Part shown: positions 59,340 to 64,000 of the stretch, in pieces
Position numbering within the stretch: position 1 is the stretch's first letter
Layout of the letters: every line of letters starts with the position of its first letter
NCBI RefSeq assembly: GCF_003019035.1
Contig: NZ_CP027447.1
Strand: one strand, 5' to 3'
DNA: 64,000 nucleotides
DNA from: Escherichia coli
GTDB taxonomy: Bacteria; Pseudomonadota; Gammaproteobacteria; Enterobacterales; Enterobacteriaceae
Position numbers and translations under genes: made by a program
Notes under the pieces: generated by a model
The model's database searches: none
What the model was told of the DNA's origin: nothing
The model's input: the letters and a program-made list of their open reading frames with translations, nothing else

Positions 59340-61181
59340 TCAACGCAGTACCATCAACAGTGCCAGCACCACGACCGCACCGATGCTCATGGATGCCACA
59401 TACCAGCGCAGATAACCGTTCTCGCTTAACAGCAGACCTTTACCTGCAAAGCGGGAAAGGACAGCCGGGATGTTCATCATTGAGTTCAGCGGATCGCGTT
59501 TCAGCAACCAGGCAATACCCAGGAACGGCTTGACGAACACTTTGTCGTACAGCCAGTCAAAGCCCCAGGCGTTGTACCACCAGGTGCCTAGCAGACGGCC
59601 CGGCGCACTGTTGGCGATGGAGGTCACCAGAGTACGTTTACCCAGCCACAGCCAGGCTGCCAGCAGAATGCCGACCACCGCGACCACACCAGAGGTAATT
59701 TCCAGGGTCAACATGCTGCCGTGCGCCAGCTCCGTCGTTTGCGGAAGTACGCCCTGCAGCGGCGGTACAATCAGTGCGCCAACGAAGGTGGAAAGGATCA
59801 GCAGCACAATCAGCGGCAGGCTGTGAGTTACCCCTTTCACGGCGTGAGCGTGAATTTGTTCTTTTCCGTGGAAGACGATGAAAATCATACGGAAGGTGTA
59901 GAGCGAGGTCATAAACGCACCGACCAGACCTGCCACCATCAGATTGATATGACCATTCGCCATCGCACCCGCGAGGATCTCATCCTTACTGAAGAAGCCC
60001 GCAGTGACCAGCGGCAGTGCCGACAGTGCTGCGCCGCCCACCAAGAAGCAGAGATAAACCAGCGGAATAGATTTACGCAGACCGCCCATCTTGAAGATGT
60101 TCTGTTCGTGATGGCAGGCCAGAATGACGGAACCGGATGCCAGGAACAGCAGCGCTTTAAAGAACGCGTGAGTCATCAAGTGGAAAATCGCCGCATCCCA
60201 TGCCTGCACGCCAAGCGCGAGGAACATGTAGCCAATCTGGCTCATGGTAGAGTAAGCGAGAACACGTTTGATATCGGTCTGTACCAGCGCGGCAAAACCG
60301 GCCAGCAGCAGCGTAACCGCCCCAACAATGCCCACCAGATGCAGAACTTCCGGCGTCATCAGGAACAGGCCGTGGGTACGGGCGATCAGGTAGACACCCG
60401 CGGTTACCATCGTTGCGGCGTGGATCAGCGCGGAGACAGGCGTCGGGCCCGCCATCGCGTCGGCAAGCCATGTCTGCAACGGCAACTGCGCAGATTTACC
60501 GACCGCACCGCCCAGCAGCATCAGCGTCGCCCACATCAGCATGTTATTGCCATCAGCAAAGTGCGCTGGTGCCAGTTCCACCATTTCGCGGAAGTTCAGG
60601 GTGCCCAGTTCGTTGTAGAGAATGAACAGCGCGAAAGCGAGGAACACGTCACCCACACGGGTCACGACGAACGCTTTCATTGCCGCTGCGCCATTCTTCG
60701 GATCGGTGTAATAGAAACCGATCAGCAGATAGGAGCACAGGCCCACGCCTTCCCAGCCGAGGTACATCAGCAGCAGGTTGTCGGCAAGCACCAGAACCAC
60801 CATGCTGGCGATGAACAGGTTAGTGTAGGCGAAGAAGCGAGAGTAGCCCTCTTCACCGCGCATGTACCAGGAGGCGTACATGTGGATCAGGAAACCCACA
60901 CCTGTGACCACCGAGAGCATAGTCAGCGACAGGCCGTCCAGCACCAGGTTAAAACCGATGTTAAAGTCGCCTACCGACATCCACGTCCACAGCGGCTGGC
61001 TGTATGCCTGCTCGCCGTTAGCGAAGAAGTCGACGCCAATAAAGGCAGTTACCAGCGCCGCCAGGCCTACAGAGCCAACGCCCACGATCGCCGAGACGTT
61101 TTCAGACCAGCGCCCACGGGAGAACGCCAGCAGGACGAAGCCAATCAATGGCAAAATAATGGTTAAGGCAAGCATGTTCAT
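59340..61181 (-). CDS. nuoL: NADH-quinone oxidoreductase subunit L
   Basis: 613-aa antiporter-like subunit with C-terminal long-helix region. Confidence 0.96.
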
Positions 61182-61480
61182 CCGCGCATCTCACTTACTG
61201 AATCGATGTTCAGGTTCTGGCGACGACGGTGAAGTTGCAGCAGCAGCGCAAGGCCGATACTCGCTTCTGCCGCCGCGAGGCTGATAGCGAGAATGTACAT
61301 CACCTGACCGTCGGTCTGGCCCCAGTAGCTTCCGGCGACCACAAAGGCCAGCGCGGAGGCGTTAATCATGATTTCCAGACCAATCAGCATAAACAGCAGA
61401 TTGCGACGGATAACCAGACCAGTTAAGCCAAGAACGAATAAGATTGCCGCGAGGATCAGTCCATGTTGTAAGGGGATCAT
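61178..61480 (-). CDS. nuoK: NADH-quinone oxidoreductase subunit K
   Basis: 100-aa 3-TM subunit ([41 protein letters not shown]). Confidence 0.95.
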
Positions 61481-62031
61481 GCGTGCTCCTCCGTTTTTCT
61501 TTTCGCGCTGTCGTCTTTACGATTGCTCAGCACTTCACCCGCACGCTCTTCACGACCAACGTGGAAGGCCACAACCAGACCCGCGAGCAGCAGCATAGAA
61601 GCCAGTTCCACCGCCAGTACGTAAGGCCCGAACAGCGTAATACCCACTGCTTTAGCACTGATTGGCGTACCGTCGATACCCTGATCATTAACACCAAGGA
61701 TGGCGTAAACAATCACCACCAGCATGATGGCCGACAAAATTGCCGGACCAATCCACACCTGCGGTTTCAGCCACTGGCGTTCCTGTTCGATTTCTGAACC
61801 GCCCAGGTTGAGCATCATCACCACGAACACGAACAGCACCATAATGGCACCCGCGTAGACGATAATTTCCAGCGCACCGGCGAAGTAAGCGCCCAGTGAG
61901 AAGAACACCCCAGAAATCGCCAGCAGCGAAATAATCAGGTACAGCAGTGCGTGTACCGGATTGGTATGGGTGATCACTCGCAAGGTCGCAAGTATGGCTA
62001 TCAGGCCACAGATATAAAAAGCGAACTCCAT
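61477..62031 (-). CDS. nuoJ: NADH-quinone oxidoreductase subunit J
   Basis: 184-aa membrane subunit ([33 protein letters not shown]). Confidence 0.95.
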
Positions 62032-62042
62032 TGCCCCTCTCC

Positions 62043-62585
62043 TTACGGTAACAGGCTCTTGACGTCGATAGGCTTGGCTTCGTTCTCTGCTTCACCCTTA
62101 TCTTTGCCGTCGATTGCCATACCTGCCATCCGGTAGAAGTTATATTCCGGGTATTTGCCCGGACCGGAGATCAGCAGATCCTCTTTTTCGTAAACCAGAT
62201 CCTGGCGCTTGTATTCCCCCATTTCGAAATCCGGGGTTAACTGAATCGCCGTGGTCGGACAGGCTTCTTCGCACAGACCACAGAAAATGCAGCGTGAGAA
62301 GTTGATGCGGAAAAATTCCGGATACCAGCGACCGTCTTTGGTTTCTGCCTTTTGCAGCGAGATACAGCCGACCGGGCAGGCTACCGCACAGAGGTTACAG
62401 GCTACGCAACGCTCTTCGCCGTCCGGGTCGCGGGTCAGAACGATACGACCACGATAACGGGGCGGCAGATAGACCGGCTCTTCCGGGTACATTCGCGTTT
62501 CGCGTTTGGCGAACGCGTGCAGGCCGATCATCCAGATACTACGAACCTGGGTGCCGAAACCTACTAACAATTCTTTTAAGGTCAT
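62043..62585 (-). CDS. nuoI: NADH-quinone oxidoreductase subunit I (2x[4Fe-4S] ferredoxin)
   Basis: 180-aa ORF with two CxxCxxCxxxCP motifs ([24 protein letters not shown]). Confidence 0.96.
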
Positions 62586-62599
62586 GGTCTTATTGCCCC

Positions 62600-63577
62600 T
62601 TATTGCGCCTGCCAGAGAATGACAGCCGCCGTTACCAGCAAGTTGATCAGCGTCAGCGGCAGGCAGATTTTCCAGCCGAAGGACATTACCTGGTCATAAC
62701 GCGGACGCGGTAACGACGCACGAATCAAAATGAACATCATCATAAAGAACGCGGTTTTCAGCGCGAACCAGATGAATGGCGGTAACAACGGGCCTTGCCA
62801 GCCACCGAAGAACAGCGTCACCATCAGTGCAGAGATGGTCACAATCCCGATGTACTCACCCACGAAGAACAGACCGAACTTCATACCGGAATATTCAATG
62901 TGGTAACCATCCGCCAGTTCCTGCTCGGCTTCCGGCTGGTCAAACGGGTGACGGTGACACACCGCCACGCCCGCGATGGCAAAGGTAATAAAACCAAAGA
63001 ATTGCGGGATGACGTTCCACACATGCGCCTGGCTGTTGACGATGTCGGTCATGTTGAATGAACCGGCTTGCGCCACCACGCCCATCAGGGAAAGCCCGAG
63101 GAACACTTCGTAGCTCAGGGTCTGCGCAGAAGCACGCATCGCGCCCAGCAGCGAGTATTTGTTGTTACTTGACCAGCCCGCAAACAGCACCGCGTAAACC
63201 GCCAGACCGGCCATCATCAGGAAGAACAAAATCCCGATGTTCAGGTCGGCAACCACCCAACCCGGACTGACTGGCACAATCGCAAAGGCCAGCAGCAGCG
63301 AGGTAAAGGCAATCATCGGTGCCAGGGTAAAGATGACGCGATCCGAGAATTTCGGGATCCAGTCTTCTTTAAAGAACATTTTGATCATGTCCGCAACCAG
63401 CTGGAGCGAACCGCCCCAGCCAACACGGTTAGGTCCGTAACGGTTCTGGAACAGCCCCAGCAGGCGACGTTCGCCAAAGCTCATGAATGCCCCACAGGTG
63501 ACTACCACCAGCAGGATAACCACCGCTTTGAGGATGGTCAGCAGGATCTCAATCAGTTCCGGTGATATCCAACTCAT
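62600..63577 (-). CDS. nuoH: NADH-quinone oxidoreductase subunit H
   Basis: 325-aa membrane subunit ([56 protein letters not shown]). Confidence 0.96.
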
Positions 63578-64000
63578 TGTTGTGCCTCCTTGAGATCCTC
63601 AAGATGCGCGCCCGCCAGCACCGGAGCAATGCCGGACATACCCATCGGCAAGCCCACCTGCCCTGCCGTCAGCCCTTCGGCGATTTCAACCGGCAGCGTG
63701 ACCGTGTTGCCATCGTAACTAAAGGAGACGCGTGTACCCGCATTCACACCCAACTTCGCGGCATCCGCTGGGTTGAGTTTGATGTATGGCTGTGGCATAC
63801 GGCTCTGGAAGACCGGAGCTCGCTGTGACAATTCATCGCTGCCAAACAGGTGGTAGTACGGCGCGATACGCCATTTCCCGTCCTGCGGCTGGAAGCGTGC
63901 CGGTACGCTGGTGAAGTAATCCAGACCATTTTCGCTGGTTTCAAACAGACGCACGCCCGGATCGCCAAAGCGCAGTTTGCCGCCCACTTCGTCCTGGAAT
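63574..64000 (-). CDS. nuoG: NADH-quinone oxidoreductase subunit G, C-terminal part (5' end beyond window)
   Basis: Minus-strand frame ending at 63574 encodes a NuoG-like C-terminus (...[44 protein letters not shown]). Its stop overlaps the nuoH start, and the frame is open to the window edge. Confidence 0.9.

Overview
This window reads as an Escherichia coli chromosomal segment running from yfaA/gyrA through ubiG, yfaL, nrdAB-yfaE, inaA, glpTQ/glpABC, rhmRDTA, arnBCADTEF-pmrD, the men operon, elaBA-rbn-elaD and yfbL to the distal nuo operon (nuoN to nuoG). Gene calls were made by reading the supplied ORF translations and recognising the protein families from memory; no database search or computation was run. 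Most of the window is conserved core genome with typical intergenic repeats (REP/BIME, one ERIC), known promoter motifs (PmrA box at arnB, NrdR and DnaA boxes at nrdA, a CRP-like site in glpT/glpA) and tight translational coupling. The main departures from the K-12 reference gene order, as I recall it, are: (1) a roughly 3.9 kb AT-rich insertion between gyrA and ubiG carrying a GntR regulator, an ACS-type MFS transporter and an enolase-superfamily sugar-acid dehydratase, with an ERIC element at its left edge and paired palindromic operator candidates in its divergent promoter; (2) an intact divergent MFS transporter and LysR regulator pair between inaA and glpQ; (3) no yfbK between elaD and yfbL, and no yfbN/yfbO/yfbP between yfbM and nuoN; (4) a yfbM reading frame broken by a one-base change in a G run. 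GyrA carries wild-type residues at quinolone-resistance positions 83 and 87. No CRISPR array, rRNA, tRNA, IS element or prophage was seen. The gyrA-ubiG island is the best candidate for something uncharacterised, but its substrate and novelty cannot be settled from sequence alone.
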